Shown here piece after piece: positions 56,107 through 64,000 of a stretch of DNA of 64,000 nucleotides. Under the pieces are notes generated by a model. That model saw only the letters and a list, made by a program, of their open reading frames with translations. It was not told the DNA's origin and did no database searches. The stretch's first letter is position 1, and each line of letters opens with the position of its first letter. The stretch lies in assembly GCA_003235365.1 (NCBI GenBank), contig QJWJ01000223.1, forward strand, positions 1,127 to 65,126, given 5' to 3'. The stretch comes from Deltaproteobacteria bacterium (lineage in GTDB: Bacteria; Myxococcota_A; Polyangia; Polyangiales; Polyangiaceae). The translations under genes were made by a program, and so were the position numbers.

Positions 56107-57162
56107 ATGGCGGACGAAACCGCAGAGTCCACCGCCGCGCCGCCCAACTTGCAGGGCGTTGCGGTCGTGGTCAACGGCAACGCCAAGAGTGTCACGGACG
56201 AGGTCATCAGCAACCTCGACGAGATCCTTCGCGGCACCGATCTGTACGTGTCGCACAGCCTCGAGCAGGCGCAGGACATCGCTCGCACCGTGGTCGCCAA
56301 GCGTTACGGCACCATGCTCACCGGTGGCGGCGACGGCACGTTCACCGTGATGGTCACCGAGGTGGTGCGTGCCGCTCGCGAAGCGGGCTGTGTCCCTCCG
56401 CGCTTCGGCTACATCAAGCTCGGCACGGGCAACGCCTTGGCACACGTCGTCGGCGCCAGCGGCAAGCGCACGTTGGCGGCGGACATTCGGCGTCTCAAAG
56501 AGGAGGCGGGGAGTCGGCAGATCGGTCTCGTCGAAGTCGAAGGGTTGCTCACCCCGTTTTGCGGCGTCGGAGTCGATGCAGCGGTCTTGCAGGACTACCA
56601 GGTCGTCAAGGAGTCCTTGGGGCGAACACCACTCAAGCGCTTGGCGGCAGGTCCCCTGAGCTATGCCGTGTCCACCGTCACGCGGACGATGCCGAGCTAC
56701 CTGCTGCGTCGCATGTCCCACTGCCGGATCACGAACCTCGGTGGAGAAGCCTATCGGTTGGGGCGAAACGGTCGGATCTGGGGCAAGGGTGTGGCAACGG
56801 GTGAAGTGATCTACGAAGGACCGATGCGTTTGGTTGCCGCCTCGACCATCCCTTACTACGGGTTCGGGTTGCGCATGTTTCCCTTCGCCGAAGAACGCCC
56901 CGACAGGATGAGCCTGCGCGTCTCCTGCGTGGGCCCGGTTCAGTTTGCGCGCAACGTGCGCGCGATTTGGAAGGGCGAGTACGAGAGCCCGTCGAGTCTG
57001 TTCGACTACCTGGTCTCGCACGTCCGAATCGAGGTCGATCCTGCGACGGCGCTACAAGTCGGTGGTGACGTGATTGGTGAACGCTCCGTGGTGGAAGTGA
57101 AACTGTCGGACAGTCCAATCCGTTTGGTGGATTTCTACGCGCCGCCGAGCGCCCGACGCTGA
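56107..57162 (+). CDS. Diacylglycerol/lipid kinase catalytic-domain protein (DAGK/LCB5-like)
   Basis: VAVVVNGNAKSV and TGGGDGTF motifs of the DAGK_cat fold. Confidence 0.8.
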   Translation: MADETAESTAAPPNLQGVAVVVNGNAKSVTDEVISNLDEILRGTDLYVSHSLEQAQDIARTVVAKRYGTMLTGGGDGTFTVMVTEVVRAAREAGCVPPRFGYIKLGTGNALAHVVGASGKRTLAADIRRLKEEAGSRQIGLVEVEGLLTPFCGVGVDAAVLQDYQVVKESLGRTPLKRLAAGPLSYAVSTVTRTMPSYLLRRMSHCRITNLGGEAYRLGRNGRIWGKGVATGEVIYEGPMRLVAASTIPYYGFGLRMFPFAEERPDRMSLRVSCVGPVQFARNVRAIWKGEYESPSSLFDYLVSHVRIEVDPATALQVGGDVIGERSVVEVKLSDSPIRLVDFYAPPSARR

Positions 57163-57318
57163 CCCCAGCAGGGGTCCGAACCGCACCGCGAGCAGGCTCG
57201 CGTTCGAAGTGGGGTCGTGTAGGCCGCGGAAAGGACGAGTGGCGACTCCTGCGTCGGACCGCTTCGTCGATCCGGCAGAAAGTTGTCCCGCTTTCGGGCG
57301 GGGTGCTAGCGCCGGGGC

Positions 57319-58029
57319 ATGCAGTTTCCGTCCGAACTCGCCAACACCACCTTGGGCGACGTCCTGGGCGCGCTGTACCGCGCAAAAGTCAGTGGTTGTC
57401 TGCAGTTGACCGAGCCGAGCGGGCGTCGTCACAGCGTTCACCTGGACGCAGGAGTGGTCAGCCACCTGCAGAGCGAGCTCGGTCGCCGGCTCGGTGACGT
57501 GTTGCGGGCGCGTGGTAACGCCGGTGGCGATACCAACCGCGCCATCGAGCGCCACGCCTTGGGCGGCGCGCGGCTGCTCGGTGAGGCGCTCGTCGACGAG
57601 GGCTGCATCACCCGCCGTGAATTGAACGACGCATTGGCAGCCCAACAACGCGAACGGCTGGAGGCGCTGTTCGAGTTGCGCCGTGCGCGATTGCGTTTCA
57701 GCGTCGTACGTGAACGGCTCGGCTCAGCGGGGCAACCCCTCGAGCCGGCGGAGTTTCTGAGGGGCAAACCGCGCGCGCGCGATGGTCGACGGCCGCCCGC
57801 GCGTCGTTGGGGGCACGGTGTGGTGAAGGACGGACACGACCTCACGGCGGCCCTGGCCTTGCTCGGCTTGGACGACCAGGCGAGTCCCGAAGCCATCCGC
57901 AGCGCCTACCGTCGACGGGCGGCGGCGCTCCACCCGGATCGTCATCCGGATGCCAATGCCGTGGAGCGAGTGAGCATCAATCAGCGCTTCGCGCGACTGA
58001 CCGCGGCGTACCGATTACTCGTCGCCTGA
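57319..58029 (+). CDS. DUF4388-like N-terminal domain fused to a C-terminal DnaJ (J) domain
   Basis: N-terminus LANTTLGDVLGALYRAKVSGCLQL. C-terminus LLGLDDQASPEAIRSAYRRRAAALHPDRHPD with the HPD tripeptide. Confidence 0.8.
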   Translation: MQFPSELANTTLGDVLGALYRAKVSGCLQLTEPSGRRHSVHLDAGVVSHLQSELGRRLGDVLRARGNAGGDTNRAIERHALGGARLLGEALVDEGCITRRELNDALAAQQRERLEALFELRRARLRFSVVRERLGSAGQPLEPAEFLRGKPRARDGRRPPARRWGHGVVKDGHDLTAALALLGLDDQASPEAIRSAYRRRAAALHPDRHPDANAVERVSINQRFARLTAAYRLLVA

Positions 58030-58044
58030 ATACCTCGTAGGACG

Positions 58045-58866
58045 TCAGCGCGGAGTGTGGCGCGAGACGGCATAGCCGACGAAGAACGGCCCCATCTGAA
58101 CGATGAATTCGGAGGTTTGTCGTGTCTTGCGCATCGACTGAACCACGTGTGAGAGCGGGTGCAGTTCGCTGCCAATCAGGCCGATGACGAACTCGTTGTC
58201 GGCGGCGTCGAGCCCGTGGCACGCCAGGCGGACGTCGTGGGCGAGGTCTTGGCTGCCGTAGGCTTTGCCGATCTCCGCATGCTCTCTGAGGATGGCGCCT
58301 TGCTCCTTGGGTTCGAGCTGAGCGAACTCGCCGGAGCGTCGCAGCGGGTACCATACCGCCCACGGCCACTTCTCGTTCAACACCGTCTCCGCCGGGCGCT
58401 TGATCAGCCAGTACTCCAGATCAGGCTCGTATCCCGTCGAGTAGCTGCGCCCGAGCATCGTGAACTCTGGCCGTTGCTTGAGCGTGCCTGCAAAACGGGG
58501 TTCGAAACAGGGTCTCACCTTGGTGACGAAGTCTGCGGGATCCTCGCTGAAAGTCAGCACACCGATGCCGAAGGGATTGCTCACGTCCTGGTACACGACC
58601 GCGCCGACACCGCATTCGCTCAGAGCGGAATCGAGTTGGGCAATGGCTTGGCTGGCGCCCTGTGCCGGATCGCAATCGAATACGTACAGCTGCATGAACA
58701 GTCGCCGGTTCATGGCTTGAGCAGGGCCGTTGAAACCCTTGGTCCGTTCCCAAACGTCGACTTGTTCGCTGTTGCTCTCGGGGGGGTGCATGGTGCCTGG
58801 AGGATGCATCAAATCGAGCGGCAGTCGAACCGATAAGGAGCCCTCTCGGCCACCTGTCCAAGCCAT
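58045..58866 (-). CDS. Chlorite dismutase family (Cld/HemQ-like) haem-binding protein
   Basis: The C-terminal half aligns by eye with HemQ/Cld proteins: WYPLRRSGEFAQLEPKEQGAILREHAEIGKAY, GLDAADNEFVIGLIGSELHPLSHVVQSMRKTRQTSEF, GPFFVG. I chose the ATG at 58866 so the gene does not overlap the divergent hisZ; the ORF extends to 59025. Confidence 0.8.
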   Translation of the reverse strand: MAWTGGREGSLSVRLPLDLMHPPGTMHPPESNSEQVDVWERTKGFNGPAQAMNRRLFMQLYVFDCDPAQGASQAIAQLDSALSECGVGAVVYQDVSNPFGIGVLTFSEDPADFVTKVRPCFEPRFAGTLKQRPEFTMLGRSYSTGYEPDLEYWLIKRPAETVLNEKWPWAVWYPLRRSGEFAQLEPKEQGAILREHAEIGKAYGSQDLAHDVRLACHGLDAADNEFVIGLIGSELHPLSHVVQSMRKTRQTSEFIVQMGPFFVGYAVSRHTPR

Positions 58867-58960
58867 CGCAAATGCGTGTACGGGGGCGTTGGCCCCCGAA
58901 AAAAGACTGGTAAGGTGCGCCGCCTTGTCCGAGCCATCGATCCCCCGCAATCCCAGCGCG

Positions 58961-60271
58961 ATGGGCGCAAACTCCGGCGACGCTCTTTCCCACAATGCGG
59001 AAGAAGCGGCGGCGCTTCCGCTCAACCCGTTACCAGCCGGAATGCGTGACTTGCTGCCACCGAAGGCACGTCGTCAATCGCGAGTCGGTGCGCGGATCAT
59101 GCGGACCTTCGAGCTGTTCGGCTATGGCCGTGTGTGGCTTCCGATCTTCGAATACGCGCAGTTGTTGGAGCGGACAAACAGCGGCGTGGGCAGCTCCCTG
59201 CGCTTCGTCGAACCGGATAGTGGCGAAATCGTTGCGCTGCGTTCGGACATGACGCCACAAATTGCGCGCGTGGTTTCGACGCGCTTCCGAAACACGCCAC
59301 TGCCGGCGCGGTTGTGTTACCAGGGTTCGGTACTGCGGCGGCGCCGCGAGCGAGCGCGCACCGAGGGGCAGGTCGTGCAAGCCGGCATCGAGCTGGTGGG
59401 CATGAGCGGCATCGAAGCCGACCTCGAGGTCATCTTCGCCCTGTGTGCGGCAGTGCGCGGCGCTGGGCTTCAGCACTTCGTGCTCGACATCGGACACGCG
59501 GGCGTCGCCGGTTCGCTCCTCGCAGCGGTGCCGGAACAGGCGCGCGCCGGCTTGACCGAAGCGTTGGCGGCCAAGGACGCGACCGTAATCGAGCGCCGAG
59601 GGCGGGCTGCGGGTTTGCGCGGCAAGTCCCTCGACGCGCTCGTGGCGCTGGCCGACCTTCACGGCGGTGGTGAGCAGTTGCAGCGCGCTGCGGCGGCCCT
59701 TTCGGACACTCCCGCCGAAACGTGTGGGCGTGAGCTGCAAGCGCTGTTCGAGCGCGTGCAACGCGCCGAGTGCGCCGACAAGGTGGTGGTCGACTACGGC
59801 GAGACCAGTCGTTTCGACTACTACACCGGCGCGATGTTCTCGGTGTTGGCGCGAGGCCCCGGCGAGCCGCTGGCTTCGGGTGGGCGTTACGACAACGTCT
59901 ATGCGCGCTTCGGCTTACCGCGACCGGCCGCAGGCTGCGCCATCGACTTGAACAACGTGTGTTGGGCGCTGGAAGAAGAAGGTTGGATTGAACCGCGCTA
60001 CCCGACGATCGTCGTCGAGGCCGACGCCTCTCGGGCGTTGTTGACGCGCTTGCGCTCCAGCGAGGTCGCTTGCGCCGTCACGCGAGAAGATCCCCAGTCC
60101 TACGCCGACGCGTGGGGGTTCGGATTCACCCTCAGGAGCGTCACCGAGCCGAGTAGCGGCTTGTGCGTGCGCGCTCGCTCCGGGGCACAGCTCGACGTCC
60201 CAGCGGGTGACGTCGACGAGCAGGCTCGCCAGATCGCGAGCTTCGTCAAACAACACCGCGATCACGACTGA
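58961..60271 (+). CDS. hisZ: ATP phosphoribosyltransferase regulatory subunit (HisRS paralogue)
   Basis: LPAGMRDLLPPKARRQSRVGARIMRTFELFGYGRVWLPIFEYAQLLER, class II aaRS-like core, position directly upstream of purA. The start (ATG 58961) is uncertain. Confidence 0.85.
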   Translation: MGANSGDALSHNAEEAAALPLNPLPAGMRDLLPPKARRQSRVGARIMRTFELFGYGRVWLPIFEYAQLLERTNSGVGSSLRFVEPDSGEIVALRSDMTPQIARVVSTRFRNTPLPARLCYQGSVLRRRRERARTEGQVVQAGIELVGMSGIEADLEVIFALCAAVRGAGLQHFVLDIGHAGVAGSLLAAVPEQARAGLTEALAAKDATVIERRGRAAGLRGKSLDALVALADLHGGGEQLQRAAAALSDTPAETCGRELQALFERVQRAECADKVVVDYGETSRFDYYTGAMFSVLARGPGEPLASGGRYDNVYARFGLPRPAAGCAIDLNNVCWALEEEGWIEPRYPTIVVEADASRALLTRLRSSEVACAVTREDPQSYADAWGFGFTLRSVTEPSSGLCVRARSGAQLDVPAGDVDEQARQIASFVKQHRDHD

Positions 60272-60322
60272 GCGTCGGGTCGCTGATTCGTGTCAGAAAA
60301 CAGGCAACGAGGTAGCTGAACA

Positions 60323-61636
60323 ATGTCTTGCGTGGTGGTCGTGGGCGCCCAATGGGGCGACGAAGGCAAAGGAAAAATCGTCGACATCTACACCGAGTTT
60401 GCGGATGTCGTGGTGCGTTACGCCGGTGGCGCCAACGCCGGCCATACGCTGGTCGTCGGCGACGAGAAGGTCGTCGTGCGCCTGCTGCCCAGCGGCATTC
60501 TGCGGGAAAGCACGCAGTGCGTCCTGGGGCAGGGCATGGTCGTCGACCCGGCAGTCTTGCTGTCGGAGATCGAGTCGCTCGCCAAGGGTGGGCGCACCGG
60601 CGTCGAACAGCGCTTGAGCGTCAGCGACCGCGCTCACTTGATTCTGCCGTACCACATTCTGGTCGACACGCTGCGGGAGAACAGTGCCGCACAGGACCGC
60701 GCCATCGGTACGACGAAGAAGGGCATTGGCCCCGCCTACGAAGACAAGGTGCGTCGCACCGGCATTCGCGCTGGCGCCTTGCGTGACCTCGACGGCCTGG
60801 CAGCGTTGGTCGAACAGGCGCTTGCGGCGTGGGCACCCACCATCACCGCCCTCGGCGGCGAAGTACCGTCGGTTGCTTCGGTGGTCGAGCCCTTGCGTCC
60901 GCTCGCCGAGCGCATCGTGCCGATGCTGACCAACACGTCGAAGCTCGTCGACGACGCGGTCAAGGCCAAGAAGAGCGTGCTGCTCGAGGGGGCTCAAGGC
61001 ACGTTGCTCGACGTCGATCACGGCACCTACCCGTTCGTGACGTCGAGTTCACCCGTGGCGGGTGGCGCGCCGACCGGCGCGGGCATCGGCCCGAACCGCG
61101 TCGATACGGTGATTGGCATCACCAAGGCGTACACGACGCGCGTCGGCGCCGGCCCGTTCCCGACCGAGTCCGACGACGACAACGGCAAGCACTTGGCGAA
61201 CGTCGGGGTCGAGTTCGGTTCCGTCACGGGTCGTGCTCGTCGCACGGGCTGGCTGGATTTGCCGGCGCTCCGTTACGCCGTTCGCGTCAACGGCATCGAT
61301 GCGCTGGCGCTGACCAAGCTCGACGTCCTGACCGGCTTGCCCAAGCTCAAGGTGTGCACCGCCTACGAGACGGCGGAAGGGCGCACCGAGGACTTCCCGA
61401 TCGATCTCATCGGCACTCCCGGTGCGGCCAAGCCCATCTACGAAGAGCTCGACGGGTGGACCGAGGATCTGAGTGGCGTGCGCGTGCTCGACCAGCTGCC
61501 GTCGGCGGCTCGGCGCTACATTCGCTTCATCGAGGAGCGCGCCGAGGTCCCGCTGTTTCTGCTGAGCGTCGGGCCGCGACGCGACGAAACCGTCGTGCTG
61601 CAAAACCCGTTTACGGGCCGCGCCGGCACGCCGTGA
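60323..61636 (+). CDS. purA: Adenylosuccinate synthase
   Basis: VVVGAQWGDEGKGKIVD, GTTKKGIGPAYEDK, GAQGTLLDVDHGTYPFVTSS. Confidence 0.97.
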   Translation: MSCVVVVGAQWGDEGKGKIVDIYTEFADVVVRYAGGANAGHTLVVGDEKVVVRLLPSGILRESTQCVLGQGMVVDPAVLLSEIESLAKGGRTGVEQRLSVSDRAHLILPYHILVDTLRENSAAQDRAIGTTKKGIGPAYEDKVRRTGIRAGALRDLDGLAALVEQALAAWAPTITALGGEVPSVASVVEPLRPLAERIVPMLTNTSKLVDDAVKAKKSVLLEGAQGTLLDVDHGTYPFVTSSSPVAGGAPTGAGIGPNRVDTVIGITKAYTTRVGAGPFPTESDDDNGKHLANVGVEFGSVTGRARRTGWLDLPALRYAVRVNGIDALALTKLDVLTGLPKLKVCTAYETAEGRTEDFPIDLIGTPGAAKPIYEELDGWTEDLSGVRVLDQLPSAARRYIRFIEERAEVPLFLLSVGPRRDETVVLQNPFTGRAGTP

Positions 61637-61802
61637 GCGGCACGGGTCCGGTGACGAGCCCCGTTTTCTGCGGCCTGACGCCGTGACTGCGGCATTCTGC
61701 TCGGCGGCGGGCGAACCGCGATGCCCGTGTCGGTCGACCACGGGCTCGCGAAACTTTGCTTCGAGGCCTTTCGAACCGCCATGGGGCGTGTAGACTCGAC
61801 CC

Positions 61803-62675
61803 ATGCTGACGAGCGCCGCGCTAGTCATCGCGCTGGCCACGGCGAGCCCCCCCTTGACCGCGGCCGCCAGCCATTCCCTGCGGCCCAAGCCGTGTGAGGT
61901 GGCGCACAGCCCCTGGCAGATCGCAGCGCGCACGGCCCTGGCGCCTCACTGTATCCGCTTGGCGCGCGGCAACGTTCTGCTTCAGAGCGATCCCCGCGCC
62001 GCGCTGAAGCTGGCAGAAGCGTTGTTCGAATCGCCGTTGGCGCCCTACGCTCAGGTGCTCGCCGCGCGCGCTCACTTGGCACTCGGTGCTTCGGGGCCGG
62101 CGGCTGAAGCCTTCGAGCGCGCGGAGCTGCGCGATCCGGTGTCGGTATCCAACCCGTTGGTGATGCATGACCGCGCCGTGGCGTTGGCTTTGGAGGGCAA
62201 GTCCGAAGCTGCGGCGGCGCAGTATCGCAAGCTCGTGGCCCAATGGCAGTTGTTACCCCGGCGCCGGCAGGTCCCGTTGTTGCTCGAAGCGGCGATGGCG
62301 GTCATGCGGCTCGGACCCGAACACGTGCACGAGGCAAACGGTTACTTGGATCTGATCAGTCGCGTGCAAGATTACCGCGGGACGGCGGCCTACTTCGACG
62401 CCGTGCTGGCCTTGGCTCGCGTCCGAACCGGCATGGCGGGCGGCTCTGCCGACACCGACGTCGAGCAGTTGCGAGCCCTGTTGGAGAGTCCTCGCCAATC
62501 GCCTGTCGCGCCGAGGCTTCCGAACGAAGAACGCGCTGCTTTGCTGGCCGCCGCTTGTGAACCAGAGGATCCGCAGGCGCGGACGTATTGGCAGCGATTC
62601 GCCAACACCGTGCTGGCGAGGCCTTGGCGCAAGTGGCTTGCCGAGCGTGTGGGCGTGGAAGCCGAGCAAAAGTAG
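61803..62675 (+). CDS. Secreted hypothetical protein, Ala/Leu-rich helical (TPR-like)
   Basis: Signal-like MLTSAALVIALATASPPLTAAAS. Helical repeat character. The stop TAG abuts the next ATG. Confidence 0.55.
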   Translation: MLTSAALVIALATASPPLTAAASHSLRPKPCEVAHSPWQIAARTALAPHCIRLARGNVLLQSDPRAALKLAEALFESPLAPYAQVLAARAHLALGASGPAAEAFERAELRDPVSVSNPLVMHDRAVALALEGKSEAAAAQYRKLVAQWQLLPRRRQVPLLLEAAMAVMRLGPEHVHEANGYLDLISRVQDYRGTAAYFDAVLALARVRTGMAGGSADTDVEQLRALLESPRQSPVAPRLPNEERAALLAAACEPEDPQARTYWQRFANTVLARPWRKWLAERVGVEAEQK

Positions 62676-63791
62676 ATGGAGCGGGCGATGGTCGGTGGTC
62701 GCTACTCACTTTGGTTTTTGGTTGGGGGTGCCGCTCTGATCGTCATCAGTCACGCATCACGGGGTGCGGCTCGCCTTTCGCCGTGGCAGCGCGTCGCGGA
62801 TCCACGCGCCGCGAAGGCCGAAGTGTTGAGCGCGCGGGCAGACGTGTTGCGCACCCCGCGCGAGGATCTGGGCGAACGCTGGCTGCAGCTGCACAACCAC
62901 AAGGCGGCGATCATCATCGAGCTTGCGGGCGGAGAAGCGCTCGGCGACCCCGAGCTGCTGTACTTGCTGGCGGATTGCTTGGCCAACGCCGAAGCGGCGG
63001 CGCAACCGCGCGCCCAGCAGGCCTTGCTCGCGGCGCTCGAGGCTGAGCCGGACCACCCTGGGGCGGCAGGCGCCTGGTATGAGCTGGGTCACGTCGCCGA
63101 GGCAACCCAGTCGTTCGAGCTGGCAGACGAGGCCTACGCCCGCGCCCTGACGCGTCAGTGGGACACGGAGGTGCGCGCCGAGATATTCCGTGCCCGCGCT
63201 CAGCTGAACATGCGCCTCAAGAACCTGACGGGCGCAATCGAGTGGTACCGAGCGGCGCTATCCGAGACCCGCGACGCTGAAACGCGGGCCTGGGCGTTGT
63301 GGGGGCTGGCGGTGGCTCTCGACCGCTCGTGGGACCTGCCGGCGGCGTTGCCGCTCGCGCTCGAAGCGTTTCGTTCCGGCTTTGGCCCGACCGGCAAGGC
63401 GAGTGTGTTGGACGTCGAAGAGGGCGTGCTGTGGCCCCTCGCCGAAGTGCACTACTACCGTGGCCTGGCGCTGCTCGCCGAGGCTCACGCGCGTCGCGGG
63501 GACGACGGAGAGGTGTCGTTTCTGCTTGCCTCTCAACTGATGTGGGTTCGCTACTTGGATGAAACCGACCCGGCGCAACCCTGGGTGGCGCGGGCGAAGG
63601 AGCACCTGGAGGCCGTCCGAGAACACCTGGCGGCACAGGCTTCCGACGACGAGGAAGACCCGGACGCCGTCGTGCGCTCGGCGCCCATCGCGGAAGAGCC
63701 AGCGCGGCCGGGCGCCCACGGCGAGCAGACCGAGCAGGAAGAGGAAGCGGATCCCGACTTCGACCCGGACGCGGAGGAGAGCTCGGAGTGA
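62676..63791 (+). CDS. Membrane-anchored hypothetical TPR-like protein with an acidic C-terminal tail
   Basis: N-terminal TM YSLWFLVGGAALIVISHA. TPR-like helices (AWYELGHVAEATQSFELADEAYARAL, AIEWYRAALSE). The tail is DDEEDPD...EQEEEADPDFDPDAEESSE. Confidence 0.6.
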   Translation: MERAMVGGRYSLWFLVGGAALIVISHASRGAARLSPWQRVADPRAAKAEVLSARADVLRTPREDLGERWLQLHNHKAAIIIELAGGEALGDPELLYLLADCLANAEAAAQPRAQQALLAALEAEPDHPGAAGAWYELGHVAEATQSFELADEAYARALTRQWDTEVRAEIFRARAQLNMRLKNLTGAIEWYRAALSETRDAETRAWALWGLAVALDRSWDLPAALPLALEAFRSGFGPTGKASVLDVEEGVLWPLAEVHYYRGLALLAEAHARRGDDGEVSFLLASQLMWVRYLDETDPAQPWVARAKEHLEAVREHLAAQASDDEEDPDAVVRSAPIAEEPARPGAHGEQTEQEEEADPDFDPDAEESSE

Positions 63792-63819
63792 GCCGCGGAC
63801 GCCGGCAGCATCCGCCAGG

Positions 63820-64000
63820 TCAGGCCGCGTCGGCTTGGGGGCGGTTTGCCGGTGGCGGCACACTCGGGGCGGTGCGGAGCAGTAGCGCGCTGACGCTTTC
63901 CCAGTCGTCGACACTCTCCAGCACGGGGCGCAGGTGGCTGTCGCGGTCGGTCTCGCCGAACGCCCCACTGAGCTCCACGGCGCGGGCGCGAGGTCCGTCG
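63820..64000 (-). CDS. 3' end of an unidentified reverse-strand gene running off the right edge
   Basis: My own translation ending at the TGA (63820-63822) is ...DGPRARAVELSGAFGETDRDSHLRPVLESVDDWESVSALLLRTAPSVPPPANRPQADAA. Third-position GC is high. It is absent from the ORF track because no start codon lies in the window. Confidence 0.35.
   Translation of the reverse strand, partial: DGPRARAVELSGAFGETDRDSHLRPVLESVDDWESVSALLLRTAPSVPPPANRPQADAA

Noticed and set aside
63258-63968. 236-aa reverse ORF
   Set aside because: Most of it is antisense to the TPR-like gene 62676..63791. The plausible reverse-strand coding near the right edge is in a different frame (63820..64000).

Overview
This is a GC-rich bacterial chromosomal segment (roughly two-thirds G+C by eye, not computed), gene-dense on both strands. 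I call about 50 protein-coding genes. I recognised no rRNA, tRNA, CRISPR array, transposase, integrase or phage genes. The gene content suggests a Myxococcota-like organism (inference only). That content includes four Hanks-type kinase genes, a DUF4388-like/J-domain protein, a thrombospondin-type-3-repeat outer-membrane protein and a disulfide-dense lipoprotein. There are also many long antisense shadow ORFs typical of high-GC DNA. From about 18.9 kb onward the window is mostly housekeeping genes in familiar syntenies: alaS, aceE, mutY, gatB-lipA, an E1alpha/E1beta/E2 2-oxoacid dehydrogenase cluster, prs-rplY-pth, rpsF-rpsR-rplI-dnaB, obg and hisZ-purA. The left quarter (about 3.5-16.4 kb) is a cell-envelope neighbourhood. 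Five units look most system-like and are not explained by standard annotation. (i) A lipoprotein with about 52 Cys lies head-to-head with two TlpA-like CxxC lipoproteins, next to two divergent outer-membrane barrels and a predicted pseudokinase. (ii) A three-gene unit with overlapping start/stop codons: SbcD-like nuclease, 1160-aa YhaN/SbcC-like ATPase and an FAD-dependent oxidoreductase. (iii) A large protein carries an M48-peptidase-like domain whose metal ligands appear substituted. (iv) A TerB-like gene sits between lipA and the dehydrogenase genes. (v) Two back-to-back (stop and start codons abutting) TPR-like genes follow purA. I see no clear-cut defence island or mobile element. All novelty statements are hypotheses that need database searches I cannot run. 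Start codons are my choices within the supplied ORFs and are the least certain part of the coordinates.
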